DNA of 64,000 nucleotides from an uncultured archaeon (GTDB lineage Archaea; Asgardarchaeota; Thorarchaeia; Thorarchaeales; Thorarchaeaceae). Below are positions 31,689-41,749 of the stretch, in pieces; position 1 is the stretch's first letter; each line of letters opens with the position of its first letter. The notes under the pieces were generated by a model that searched no databases, was not told the DNA's origin, and worked only from the letters and a program-made list of their open reading frames with translations. Position numbers and translations under genes: made by a program. The DNA is taken from assembly GCA_964473825.1 (NCBI GenBank), contig CAYYQL010000005.1, positions 64,759 through 128,758 on the forward strand. The letters run 5' to 3'.

Positions 31689-32099
31689 GTGAACATGGTT
31701 TCTGAGAAGAAATCGAAGTGCGCTTTCTTGGGCGTTTCGGTCATCCTTGCCTCATCCTATGCGATTGTCCTATTTTCGGGTCCAGATCTCTTTTCTGCAG
31801 TATCGATTCTAGGGCTTTCGTGTTTGTATTTAGCTGTCTTAGCAATGGGGATTCTTGTTCCGAGGATAGCAATTTCATCCCGAAGAGAAACCGCCGCCCT
31901 TTTGTTTGTGTTTGATGGGATGCTTTTGCTTGGTTTCCTCGGATCTGCAGTACTCATACCAACACTAAACACGATTGTTCCGCGAGTCTTCTATCAATCA
32001 TATGTAGTCAAGTATCTTTCAGTAACAGGAAGCTGCGGCTTGCTTGGGCTTTATGGAAGGGACATCATGTTGAACTGTGAATGTGATTGCCGGAGTTAG
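31689..32099 (+). CDS. Hypothetical 4-TM membrane protein
   Basis: Hydrophobic ORF overlapping the start of the next gene. Confidence 0.55.
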   Translation: MNMVSEKKSKCAFLGVSVILASSYAIVLFSGPDLFSAVSILGLSCLYLAVLAMGILVPRIAISSRRETAALLFVFDGMLLLGFLGSAVLIPTLNTIVPRVFYQSYVVKYLSVTGSCGLLGLYGRDIMLNCECDCRS

Positions 32100-33823
32100 T
32101 AGCAGTGGCGCGATATGTTCTTTCCGCCTGTTCCATCTTCCTTCTGATACTCTTGTGTTTTTCATCGGGCGTTCCTCTTGGGAAGCATATAGAGCAGTCA
32201 CTTCCTCCTCCCAAGAGCAATGCGAACCCGTTAAACAATCATGAGGCAATGCAGAATGATATTCGTGACTTCCTCGAGCTCTTTTCGTGGATAAGAGAAG
32301 AATCCTCCGCGACGGATGGATCGCTGTATGCGGTGTCTTTTTCCCCACAGGATTCAGATGTGCTTATCAACCATGTATTGGAAATCACTCTCTCTATCCT
32401 AGATCCAAAGGGTGGACTTGCCATAGTAGAAGCTCCGGGACAGGTTTCGGCCAATTCTACTCCCAATGTGTGGAACCTTTTTTTCGGAGTCACTAACGAC
32501 ACAAAACTATTGATATCTACGGATGCTGATTTTCGAGATTCGCATATCTATTCTGTTGGACAAGAGATTGTATTATATCGTAAGGATTACTATCTATCTA
32601 ATCTGAACACAACACTAGTCACCATTTCTTATGCTGGGTGGCAGACCAACTATCCTGCATTGATATCACTTCTGCGCATCTATCACGCAACTGGAAATAC
32701 AACTTTCTTGGAGCAATGTGTTCCCTATGTCAACCACTTTTTGGAACACAGAGACAGCGAAGGCTTATGGAGTAGACGGTACGTACCGGAAGAGGACTTA
32801 GTCTATCAAGGGATGTTCAGTGCCATTCCAATGCACGGACTGTACAAATACTACTTAGCCACCGCGAACGAAACAGTCTATTCTGTGCTACAAAAAGCAG
32901 CAAACAACTATATACATACGACCGAGGGCACAACCAATCATGCAGCAAACTCCGTAATGGGACTCGTCCTTTCCAATATCGTTCTAGGCAAATCCGATTT
33001 CTCCTGGGCTCATAGGAATCTTGACTACCTTCTAGGGCTCTATGAGGAGGATGGTAAGATATCATATACAATGAATCCCGGACCATCCTTTCCAATGTAT
33101 AAACCCTCATACTGGTCCTATGATCTCAAAGTGTTCATGCGGATTGCGGAGATGAGATTTCATAGCAAGATAGAAGAAGCATTATTTCCAGTTCCATATA
33201 AGAAGGCGCTCAATGCGAGCTCAGGTATTCAACAGAGGGTTCATCTCTTAAATGCGATTTCTGTAGCCATCGAACATGGCCATGACGAGCTTATGCAAAA
33301 CTTCACTCATGTTAGCGACGAGGTCTGCTCTGTCAACAGAAGTGATTTTTCCAGTATATTCGATGCTCTCGCCCAACTTGAGTCCTATTCTCTGAAAATC
33401 GCACTTCGTAATTCGAAACCACAAATAGCATACATCTCGGAAACTGGTGCCACGTTTGATGGTGGCCAACATACTAGAACTATTAAGATAAGGTTCTCTC
33501 GCCAATTGTCACATGACTGTATCGCTGTGGCAATCATCTCTTGTTCGGGGCATGAGAGTCAATATGCTTTCAGGGCGATGGATGAGTTCACATTCAGCAC
33601 GGTCATCATAACGCCGGCACAGTCATCTCCCGAACTTGCAATTCTATTAATTAGCAATGGAACGAGTTCATTCTTAGGTCCGAAGTTCACTATTTACCTA
33701 GTACCAATCGAATCAACAGGTTTGACAGTCATGGTAATTGCTAGTTTCATTCTTCTTTCACCAATCCCCATACTTCTCCTGCTCATTGCGGAGATTAGGT
33801 CTAATTCAGAATGTAGATCGTGA
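32087..33823 (+). CDS. Exported, C-terminally anchored alpha/alpha-barrel protein (D-glucuronyl C5-epimerase-like?)
   Basis: N-terminal signal/TM, helical hairpin repeats (LLRIYHATGNTTFLE, GLYKYYLATANETV), C-terminal TM, many N-x-S/T sequons. Confidence 0.6.
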   Translation: MPELVAVARYVLSACSIFLLILLCFSSGVPLGKHIEQSLPPPKSNANPLNNHEAMQNDIRDFLELFSWIREESSATDGSLYAVSFSPQDSDVLINHVLEITLSILDPKGGLAIVEAPGQVSANSTPNVWNLFFGVTNDTKLLISTDADFRDSHIYSVGQEIVLYRKDYYLSNLNTTLVTISYAGWQTNYPALISLLRIYHATGNTTFLEQCVPYVNHFLEHRDSEGLWSRRYVPEEDLVYQGMFSAIPMHGLYKYYLATANETVYSVLQKAANNYIHTTEGTTNHAANSVMGLVLSNIVLGKSDFSWAHRNLDYLLGLYEEDGKISYTMNPGPSFPMYKPSYWSYDLKVFMRIAEMRFHSKIEEALFPVPYKKALNASSGIQQRVHLLNAISVAIEHGHDELMQNFTHVSDEVCSVNRSDFSSIFDALAQLESYSLKIALRNSKPQIAYISETGATFDGGQHTRTIKIRFSRQLSHDCIAVAIISCSGHESQYAFRAMDEFTFSTVIITPAQSSPELAILLISNGTSSFLGPKFTIYLVPIESTGLTVMVIASFILLSPIPILLLLIAEIRSNSECRS

Positions 33824-34036
33824 ACTGACGAAAATCCGAGTGATTGGGAGCTGGTAAGAGTAACAGAGTAGCATCTTCGACTACTAATATACGTCTTCCC
33901 GAAACGAGGTTTTTGGTCTTCTCTGAAGGTTTCGACACGCAATCTCAAGTAAATTCTGTCAAGACTGCAGATGATAGAAGCCGAAATGCCGAGAACTGGG
34001 GTGAACACCAATAGATTTTGTGTTCTTTCACGAACC

Positions 34037-34455
34037 CTAGTTCCGTTTTTCAAAGAATTTGCGACAGAAATAGGACAGATTCACGTTGGAACCAATGAGA
34101 AACCACGGGTCTACTATCAGGCAGTCTGGCGTCCCGATATCAGAGAGGTCGATTCTCTCATAGACGCTGTGATCTGTGGCATCAAATATCACATCTGCCT
34201 GAGGAATCTTCATCTCAAGCCGTTCTGGTTCTACGAAAGGATTGTGTGTTTCTACTCTCTCCACAAACTCGCTCTCAAGTAGGGAGATAATCTTCGTGGA
34301 CATGCTGTCTCTTACATCATCACTGTCACGCTTGAAGGTCAATCCTAGTACTAGGACCTTCTTTCCTCCGAGATTGCCGAGCTTCTTTGCCACGTCCACG
34401 ACGATTTCAAGTAGAGATACGTTGACCAAATAGGAACACTCATAGCAGTCCGCCT
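34037..34455 (-). pseudogene. C-terminal fragment of nucleotide-sugar dehydrogenase (paralog of 37910-39169)
   Basis: VLVLGLTFKRDSDDVRDSMS...LLESEFV aligns with the intact copy. Confidence 0.88.
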
Positions 34456-35745
34456 TGTAGCTTTCATCTATTTTGCTCGTGAGAACACGATCATCCGCAG
34501 AACGGCTATAATCATGATTCTAACTCTTGCTGTGACAGGTTTTTCATGGCATTGAGCATCTTCAACTTGGATCCTGAAAGATATGGCCTCCGTTTTTTGA
34601 CAATTCAGTTCTGCTCGGTATATTGGTGAATCTGACCTATACGAACTTCTTCAAATCGGGGTGATCTTAGTCTTCTTCCCTATAGGAGTAATTACAATAC
34701 TCCATAAAGAGTTCAGGCTCTTGTCAGATACTACAGAAAATGAAGAGAACGGACAAGGTCGACCTCGTACTCAGGTGGTTCGGAACAAGAATCTCTACCT
34801 GCTGCTATTCATCCCGCCGTTCTCGTCCATGGTCCCCACCTTCTACTCTACCACGATTTTTCTGCCAATCCAAATCATATTCTCAGTCCATGGACTTGTA
34901 TACTGCAAGAATTACTTTTCAGATATGCTTCCCATTATGTTTCGTAGGATATTGCCCTTAGCTGTTCTGCTCTTATCAACCATGTATTCTCTTGCATATT
35001 TCTTCCTTATCTTTGAGATTAATCTCTGGTATTTACAGGTGTTTCTCTCAATCGCAATCTCTGCCTATCTAGCCCAGTTCATAATATGTCAGATCCATAG
35101 ACGAAGTTCGAGCGTTCGTTTTAAAAACTCGTTCTTTGCCAGCCATAAATCAGAAGGAAAACTGAAAATCCTCGTCCTAATTCTTGCCATATTAATTTTC
35201 TCAACGACAAGGCTCTGTAAAATAATTCTCATATTGTTCACGAAATGAATTCTGTGAGCAACGAAATGGGTCTCTTCTGATAGTTTTGAGTTGCTCCATA
35301 CAAGTTTTCCTTCATCTAAGCCATGTGAACTCGATTTATTTTACAGGGCCCAACGACAACCGTCACAGGAAGAATGAGAGATATTGACAGCAGTCAATAT
35401 CCTTGGGAGAACCGGTATCTTACATCGGACGAACAAGAAGTTATTGCTTTCTTTGAGACTCAATCTTTATCTGATTTAATCTATGCCAATGTGCCCCGAA
35501 TAGCAAACAGAATCTCTGGAGTTGGCTTCTTGCCAGTTCTTAGCGAAAGAGTATCAATTGGAACTGCCCTCTACTACGGTCTTATTACACTAGATCAAGT
35601 CCATGAGCGTACAGTGTTCTCGTTGTCGGGGTTCACAGGTTTGCAGTTCTACCGATTCAAAGACACCGATCCGACTCGGTCTTTGAAAAACAGCATAATC
35701 GGATTGAATATGTCCTTAGAAGAGGACCTTCATGCACTAAAAGCA
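34456..35745 (+). pseudogene. Fragmented paralog of the 26804-28738 membrane protein, interrupted by an IS (tail continues after 36745)
   Basis: Shared LG--VNL, FFPIG and YLTSDEQ motifs; several frameshifts; 5' part missing. Confidence 0.75.
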
Positions 35746-36745
35746 GGCTCTGTGTGAAAAGTCACCTCCCGGCACACTCCAGGTAGTTGAGTCGATCCAC
35801 GTTATGCAGGATCACCCTGAGGAGCAGTTCTCATCGTTGTTCCAGGTGCTTTCGTGACTGCAGGCTCCCACCGAGTCGCAGCTTCATCATGCTGAACACG
35901 GTCTCCACCAGACTCCGCTGGCCATACTCGTGCACCCGCTTCCACTCAGCAGGGTCTGCTCGATAGTCCCTGATCACCTCCTTGTAGCCTCGATAGCCCC
36001 GTGACTGCGCCTTCAACCTCTTCTTCGGTTCAATGGCCGGGTATGCTCCAAGGTCATGGACGTACTGCACGTTCTGTCGGGAGATGTAGGCCCTGTCACC
36101 ATAGACGGTCGCAAGCTGGGAACCATCGACCCGTCCCAGCAGAGCCACCAGATGTCTCGCATCACCCCCGGGTCGTGCCTTGACTCTGACCGCATGGACC
36201 CTGAGAGAGTCCGTGTCCACCGCTGCGTGGAGGGCCGTGAACCGCCGTCTCCGCGTCCTCTTGAACCGGACAGTCTGCCACTCGCCTCCGGTGGTGTGAG
36301 AGAACCCGGTGGCATCCACAGCAATCGTCTTTGGAGGAGGGCGCCTGCTGGCAAGGAGCTGGTACATCTGATGGAGACGCTGGGTGTCAAGGCGTCTGAG
36401 TGCCTGTTGGAGGATGGAGTAACTTGGCGCTCGTTCAAGACCGAGGCGCTGCAGGAGCTGCGGGTTGGAGGAGAGCTGGGCCACAAAGCTCCTGTAGCTG
36501 AGGCCAGCGTCGAACTTGAGGCCCAGGAGGACAAAGAGCGCAGGGAGGGGAAAGTCAGGAGGTCGTCCCAGGGTGTTGGGTCGGGTGGGGATCATAGTAC
36601 TAAGATTCATAAGCTCATGGAGCAAGAACTGAGGATGACGAGACCTGGCTGTGTCATATGATGCGTAGTAGTTCATGAATCATGTGAACCAGCCAGTCTG
36701 GTCACATATCCTTGTATTACTCTCCTCGACTTTTCACACAGAGCC
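35746..36745 (-). mobile_element. IS5-family (IS903-like) element, youngest copy
   Basis: Perfect 18-bp IR GGCTCTGTGTGAAAAGTC and perfect 9-bp TSD CTAAAAGCA. Transposase starts at 36676; one premature TGA at 35831 leaves about 22 codons untranslated. Confidence 0.96.
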
Positions 36746-37909
36746 CTAAAAGCAGATTATAATATTCGGTACATAATCACTGGAAACCCTTCTGTTCTGT
36801 CAACTGGAGCTCAATAGACTCTGATTCAGTCCTTACAGAAGATTTTCTCGCCGGTCTTCTCTGCGGAGAACCTGCTCCTTTGAAGATTATGTTAGACTTT
36901 CAACAATTGCGGGCCGCTAAATCACAATCCTCTTGAGAGGTTGCTCCTTTCTTGTTCTTCATTAGGTGTACGATTAAAGATAGAGAATATCAATCCAACT
37001 TGACAATACAATGTCAAGGAGTATAGAAGATGAGCCCATGATGTAAATCCTTGTCGATTGAATTCTCTAGTTCCGCTACCCCCCTCAACACCGTGACCAC
37101 GTTTCATCTTCCTAAGTGGTCTAGCGTCGAGAGCTCGCGATAATGGGGTTAGAAATGCAGTTCCTCAAACCCGAGAACATCGCGACTTCCCGCAATCAGG
37201 CTTACAAATCCTGCAACAATTCGGCAAAATCATCTTCAGCAGAAACGGAGGAAGAGTACTAACACGCCCAATCTAGGCAGATATTCAACGAGCTTCGTCA
37301 GGTGAACTCCAATGGGCTACACACCAACAATGGCCCCAATGTCTTTTGGTTTGATGTCATCAACAATGCCAGATGGTTACTCATGACCAGTGCGGAGTCT
37401 CTATGATATATTCAAAGGCCATATACTCGCCATGCCCTCAGACAGAGAAATTGGGATGATGCTATCGGGGTTGTCATCTAATAACCAATAACGCCAGTGT
37501 ATCTTCATAGGAATCATGAGAATCCTCCATCTAATAACGGAGTAGGAAGAGCATGGCAATCATCAGTCTTCAACGCCAGTGGTGTGGTAATATTCACATT
37601 GGATTTGGTCAAGGAGAATTTTCAAAGTATGTGTTGTAGAGGTACGATGAAATTCATTGGTTACCAGCAATATGTTCGAATATTCGGAATTGAGGAACAT
37701 TGATTTGAAAACTTCGCTTTCAGACCAGGGATGATGAAACCAAGAAGATAAGAGAATATGTTTCTTGAGGGGACTACCACAATTTGGGGATGGTTCGGAG
37801 TGTACCGTGTCCAGCAATGCATTCATCTGCTGTAACAGCTAGCATGATTCAGGTATAGAAAGTAAGCGATATCAAACCTGTACGGGAACCGGCTAGGAAA
37901 AGGCGTTAT

Positions 37910-39169
37910 TCACTTTATATCTCGGCAAAAGTATCCATGTCCCATTTGGGGGTTGAGTTGATACCATATGTCCACTATCAAACAGTCGGGACGCGCGGAC
38001 ATCGATATGTCAATCTGGTCATAGGCACTATGGTTCGTGGCAACGAAGATGATATCCGCCCTTGAAATCTTCCCCTGAAGGTCTTCAGGTTGTACGAGAG
38101 GATCATGCGTTTCTATCTCACTGACAAACTCGCTCTCAAGCAAGGAAATGAGCTTCGGAGACATGCTGTTTCTGGTGTCATCACTATCGCGCTTGAATGC
38201 TAAGCCCAAAACCAGAACTCTCTTTCCACTAAGCCCCCCCAGTTTCCTTTTCGCGATTCCCACAGCGATTTCTGGTAATGACTCGTTCACCAAATATGCA
38301 GACATAAGGAGTCTGGATTGAAGAGGATGGCCATTTCCGGCCCTCATCAACAACCAAGAATCTTTGCCAAGGCAGGGACCTCGAGCAAAACCAGATTTTG
38401 CTATGTCTGCGCGGGCATAATTGTGGTTGGTAATCCTCCGGACATTCTCGAAATTCACCCCCAGATTTTCACAGATCGCGAAGAATTCATTTGCTATGGC
38501 AAACTGAGTGTAGCGATAGTTATTCGCGAACAATTTGGCCAGCTCAGCCTCAATTGGCTGAGCTCTGAGAGTCTCAATTCCAAGTCTGGAGAATATCCTT
38601 GATACTCTCTCATATGCTCTCTTGGAATATGTGCCAATTATCTGAGGCAACTCATGAAGTTCAGCAATTGCCTTTCCTTCAACAAGCCGTTCAGGTGCAA
38701 ATGCAAAATCAATATCACCGAACAGCTCAGGCTTGATACTTCTCTGGAAATACTGTCTTACTGCTTCAGTTGTGCCTGGTGCTACTGTGCTTCTGAGAAT
38801 AATAGTGTGTCCCGGCCGGAGATGAATCTTAAGACTCTCAATAACACTTCTAAGCTGGCTCACATCTGGTGACCCTTCATCCGTCAATGGTGTTCCTGGT
38901 ACCACAATCAGACATTCACTCTTGGATGAGAAACCATAATCGGCAGTGAAGAATAGTCTCCCATTAAGAGAATCAATCTGTTGTGAGAGTATCTCTTGAC
39001 ATCCAGATTCATCGAAAGGCATCTTTCCAGACATCAAAAGAGCAACCTTCTCTTTGTCTATCTCAATGCCAACCACTCTGAGCCCTGAATCCGCAAGTGC
39101 AAGTGATAGTGGAAGACCAACTCTCCCACCCGCACCTATAACTGCAACGTCATATTTCCAAGTTATCAG
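37910..39169 (-). CDS. Nucleotide-sugar dehydrogenase (WecC/UDP-ManNAc dehydrogenase-like), probable CTG start
   Basis: In-frame VAVIGAGGRVGLPL lies upstream of the ORF-track start; RSTVAPGTT, PERLVEG, GPCLGKD. Confidence 0.88.
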   Translation of the reverse strand: MITWKYDVAVIGAGGRVGLPLSLALADSGLRVVGIEIDKEKVALLMSGKMPFDESGCQEILSQQIDSLNGRLFFTADYGFSSKSECLIVVPGTPLTDEGSPDVSQLRSVIESLKIHLRPGHTIILRSTVAPGTTEAVRQYFQRSIKPELFGDIDFAFAPERLVEGKAIAELHELPQIIGTYSKRAYERVSRIFSRLGIETLRAQPIEAELAKLFANNYRYTQFAIANEFFAICENLGVNFENVRRITNHNYARADIAKSGFARGPCLGKDSWLLMRAGNGHPLQSRLLMSAYLVNESLPEIAVGIAKRKLGGLSGKRVLVLGLAFKRDSDDTRNSMSPKLISLLESEFVSEIETHDPLVQPEDLQGKISRADIIFVATNHSAYDQIDISMSARPDCLIVDIWYQLNPQMGHGYFCRDIK

Positions 39170-39195
39170 ATGTTCCCTCCAGTTCTTGTATTCGG

Positions 39196-40338
39196 TTAGT
39201 CTTTCGCTAAATCTTCATTCTCAAGGAAACTGTAGAGCCTTAGCAATTTCCTGCTCGTTGTCGCCCAATTGAATCGGGATTCCACCAGTTCACGCCCCTC
39301 TAGCGACATCTTTCGGCGCGGACGTTTCATAAGGGTTTCGATGGCGTTTCTTATTGAGGCTGGATTCAGAGGGTTGAAGTCAGGCAAATCCAAAGCGATT
39401 AATATGTCAGATATTCCGCTATAATGGGGACATATAAATGGAACTCCTAGCGCCGCATACTCGTAGCTCCTGTTTGTCGAAGTCATCAAGTAATTCCTTG
39501 ATGGATGATTTGCGATGACAGCATAATCAAATTTGGAAATCAGGTGCCACATCTCTTGTCGGGACTTTATGTAACCGAAGAATCTAGTTTGGTAAGACAT
39601 TTCATCGGCCTTCGTTTTCAGCACTGACATTTGGGGGCCATCACCCACAATCCAGAACTCGACATCGGTTCCGTTTCGTGCCAGAATCTCAAGAGCGTCC
39701 ATCACTTCTGAATGGCCGCGTGTTTTGTAGAGATAACCGGACATTCCGACTATCATAGGTCCAGTCGATTGTTCATGATATAAATAGTCTATCTCCTCAA
39801 GAGACGGATAATTGTTTAGATAGATAGAGGGACAGGGGCATCTTCTTTGTAGAAACTCAACCTGTGGTTCTGATACACCGACAAGAGCATTTACCTTGAT
39901 ACAGCATAGAATTTCTAGAAAACAAAAGAGCAAATACGCAATGAAGTGTACTCTTTCCCAAGCCGATTCAGGGAAAAGCTCATGCGAATCGTAGATTAGA
40001 TGTAACCGATTCAGTGTTGCTATTACAAAGCCAGCCGGTAGTGCAGACAAATCATGACAGTGAATTGTCGTCATACCATTTCTCCTTGTCCATACCCTAA
40101 TGACGGCAATCCAGAACAGAAGCATCCTAATTGGGTCAATCCGCGACTCCTCAGTCGTATCAAACACTCTGACGACTTCAATTCCGTTTGAGCAGAATTC
40201 CCGCTTCTTCTCACCGGCCTCACGAAGGCAGAAAACTCTGACAGAGTGTCCTTCACGTCTTAGAACTTCTGCCTCCTTTCGCGGACGTACATCATTTGGA
40301 AAATACTTGTAGAGAATGACGTCAATATTCATTTGCAC
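39196..40338 (-). CDS. Glycosyltransferase family 4
   Basis: DVRPRKEA, IHCHD, IYDSHE, NRSYEYAALGVP, FNW. Confidence 0.88.
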   Translation of the reverse strand: MQMNIDVILYKYFPNDVRPRKEAEVLRREGHSVRVFCLREAGEKKREFCSNGIEVVRVFDTTEESRIDPIRMLLFWIAVIRVWTRRNGMTTIHCHDLSALPAGFVIATLNRLHLIYDSHELFPESAWERVHFIAYLLFCFLEILCCIKVNALVGVSEPQVEFLQRRCPCPSIYLNNYPSLEEIDYLYHEQSTGPMIVGMSGYLYKTRGHSEVMDALEILARNGTDVEFWIVGDGPQMSVLKTKADEMSYQTRFFGYIKSRQEMWHLISKFDYAVIANHPSRNYLMTSTNRSYEYAALGVPFICPHYSGISDILIALDLPDFNPLNPASIRNAIETLMKRPRRKMSLEGRELVESRFNWATTSRKLLRLYSFLENEDLAKD

Positions 40339-40641
40339 TCACCAATGCACAGAAACCGAAGGACATCGTTCTTGCGTTCCTTTTATATCTTCAGCAGGCA
40401 AAGTGAAACAGTTCGTCCAGCTTGTGAATGGAATGAATGAGTCGGCAGTCTGTCTTCAGAGGAGTCGGTGACTGCAAGAGGAACTAATTGCTCGACGTGA
40501 GGATTAGACTGGCTCTACTGTTATCGATGGCCACAATCTCTGCCCTTCTTCATCTAGATAGGATGCCAATATTCATTGTCGCAACGTTCTTATTAGCTCG
40601 GTTAAGCCACATTTCATGCCGACGAAGGGGCGCTGTGACTA

Positions 40642-41619
40642 GTGAAGCTAGTAGTGACAATTCCAACCATGAATGAGGAAGAAACCATTGCTGAAGTTAT
40701 CAAAGAGATTCCAGATGAGATTGAGGGTATTGATGAGATTGAAATCATCATCATAGATGGATCTTCGGACGACCGAACCGTTGCTAGGGCCCTACAAGCA
40801 GGTGCAAGCGAAGCATATGTTGACCACGTGAATCGAGGACTCGCTTCCGCTTTCGGTATGGGTCTCACAATCGCGCTCAGACGTGGCGCAGATATTATTG
40901 TAAATACCGATGCAGACATGCAATATGATCAGACACAGATACCGGACCTTGTTGCTCCGATTGTAAACAGGGAGGCGGACATGGTCGTCGGTTCGCGGTT
41001 TGAAGGAGAGATTGAGGAGATGCCTTTGGGCAAGAAACTCGGAAATCAACTTGCCACCTTCGTCACGAGAAAGTTGGCTGGTCAGAAACTGACAGATGCT
41101 CAGAGTGGTTTTAGGGCAGTCCATCGAGAACTTGCACAGAAACTAATCGTGGAGTCAAAGAAGACCTACGTTCAGGAAACGCTCATTCGTGCCTCACGAA
41201 TGGGGTACAAGATTGTCGAAGTGCCGATTCGATTCAGAAAAAGGGAGGGGGAGTCGCGTTTGATTAGTAGTATCTGGACATATGCATTTCGGGTCTTCCC
41301 GGATCTGATGATAACCTATGCTCAGGTAGCGCCGCTGAGACTCTTTGGAATTCTTACATTTCTAGGTATTGCAGTATGTATACCTGCATTCGCTGTTTCA
41401 TTCATCTATCTGCTAGCAGGCGATTTCATCGGTGCATTCTCACTACTGGCCCCCGTCCTGACATTGCTGATTCCAACTAGTGCTATTCTGTTGGGATCCG
41501 CCCTCCTAATGGATCACATCAACAAGACGAGAATATGGATGCTAGAGAATAGATTTCTAAGGAAGGTTGAAGACCATACCGTAGATCTCAGAAAGCTCGA
41601 TTCACGCGGTGAGAGATGA
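40642..41619 (+). CDS. Glycosyltransferase family 2 (polyprenol-phosphate sugar synthase-like) with C-terminal TMs
   Basis: IPTMNEE, IDGSSDDRT, DADMQY, VGSRF, DAQSGFRA. Confidence 0.92.
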   Translation: MKLVVTIPTMNEEETIAEVIKEIPDEIEGIDEIEIIIIDGSSDDRTVARALQAGASEAYVDHVNRGLASAFGMGLTIALRRGADIIVNTDADMQYDQTQIPDLVAPIVNREADMVVGSRFEGEIEEMPLGKKLGNQLATFVTRKLAGQKLTDAQSGFRAVHRELAQKLIVESKKTYVQETLIRASRMGYKIVEVPIRFRKREGESRLISSIWTYAFRVFPDLMITYAQVAPLRLFGILTFLGIAVCIPAFAVSFIYLLAGDFIGAFSLLAPVLTLLIPTSAILLGSALLMDHINKTRIWMLENRFLRKVEDHTVDLRKLDSRGER

Positions 41620-41749
41620 TTCTCGTCCCGAATCAGGAAGGGGCACCACAACGACGCCCCTTTGCTACATCGAGATTGCTATGCGGGTTGGTCTTCAGCA
41701 GGACAAATTATAAGTAGGCGGTATCTAGGAACACAGGTGGAGGATATCA

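Noticed and set aside
36900-37900. Short ORFs in a ~1-kb spacer, possibly a decayed gene
   Set aside because: No recognisable motif, so no call can be supported.
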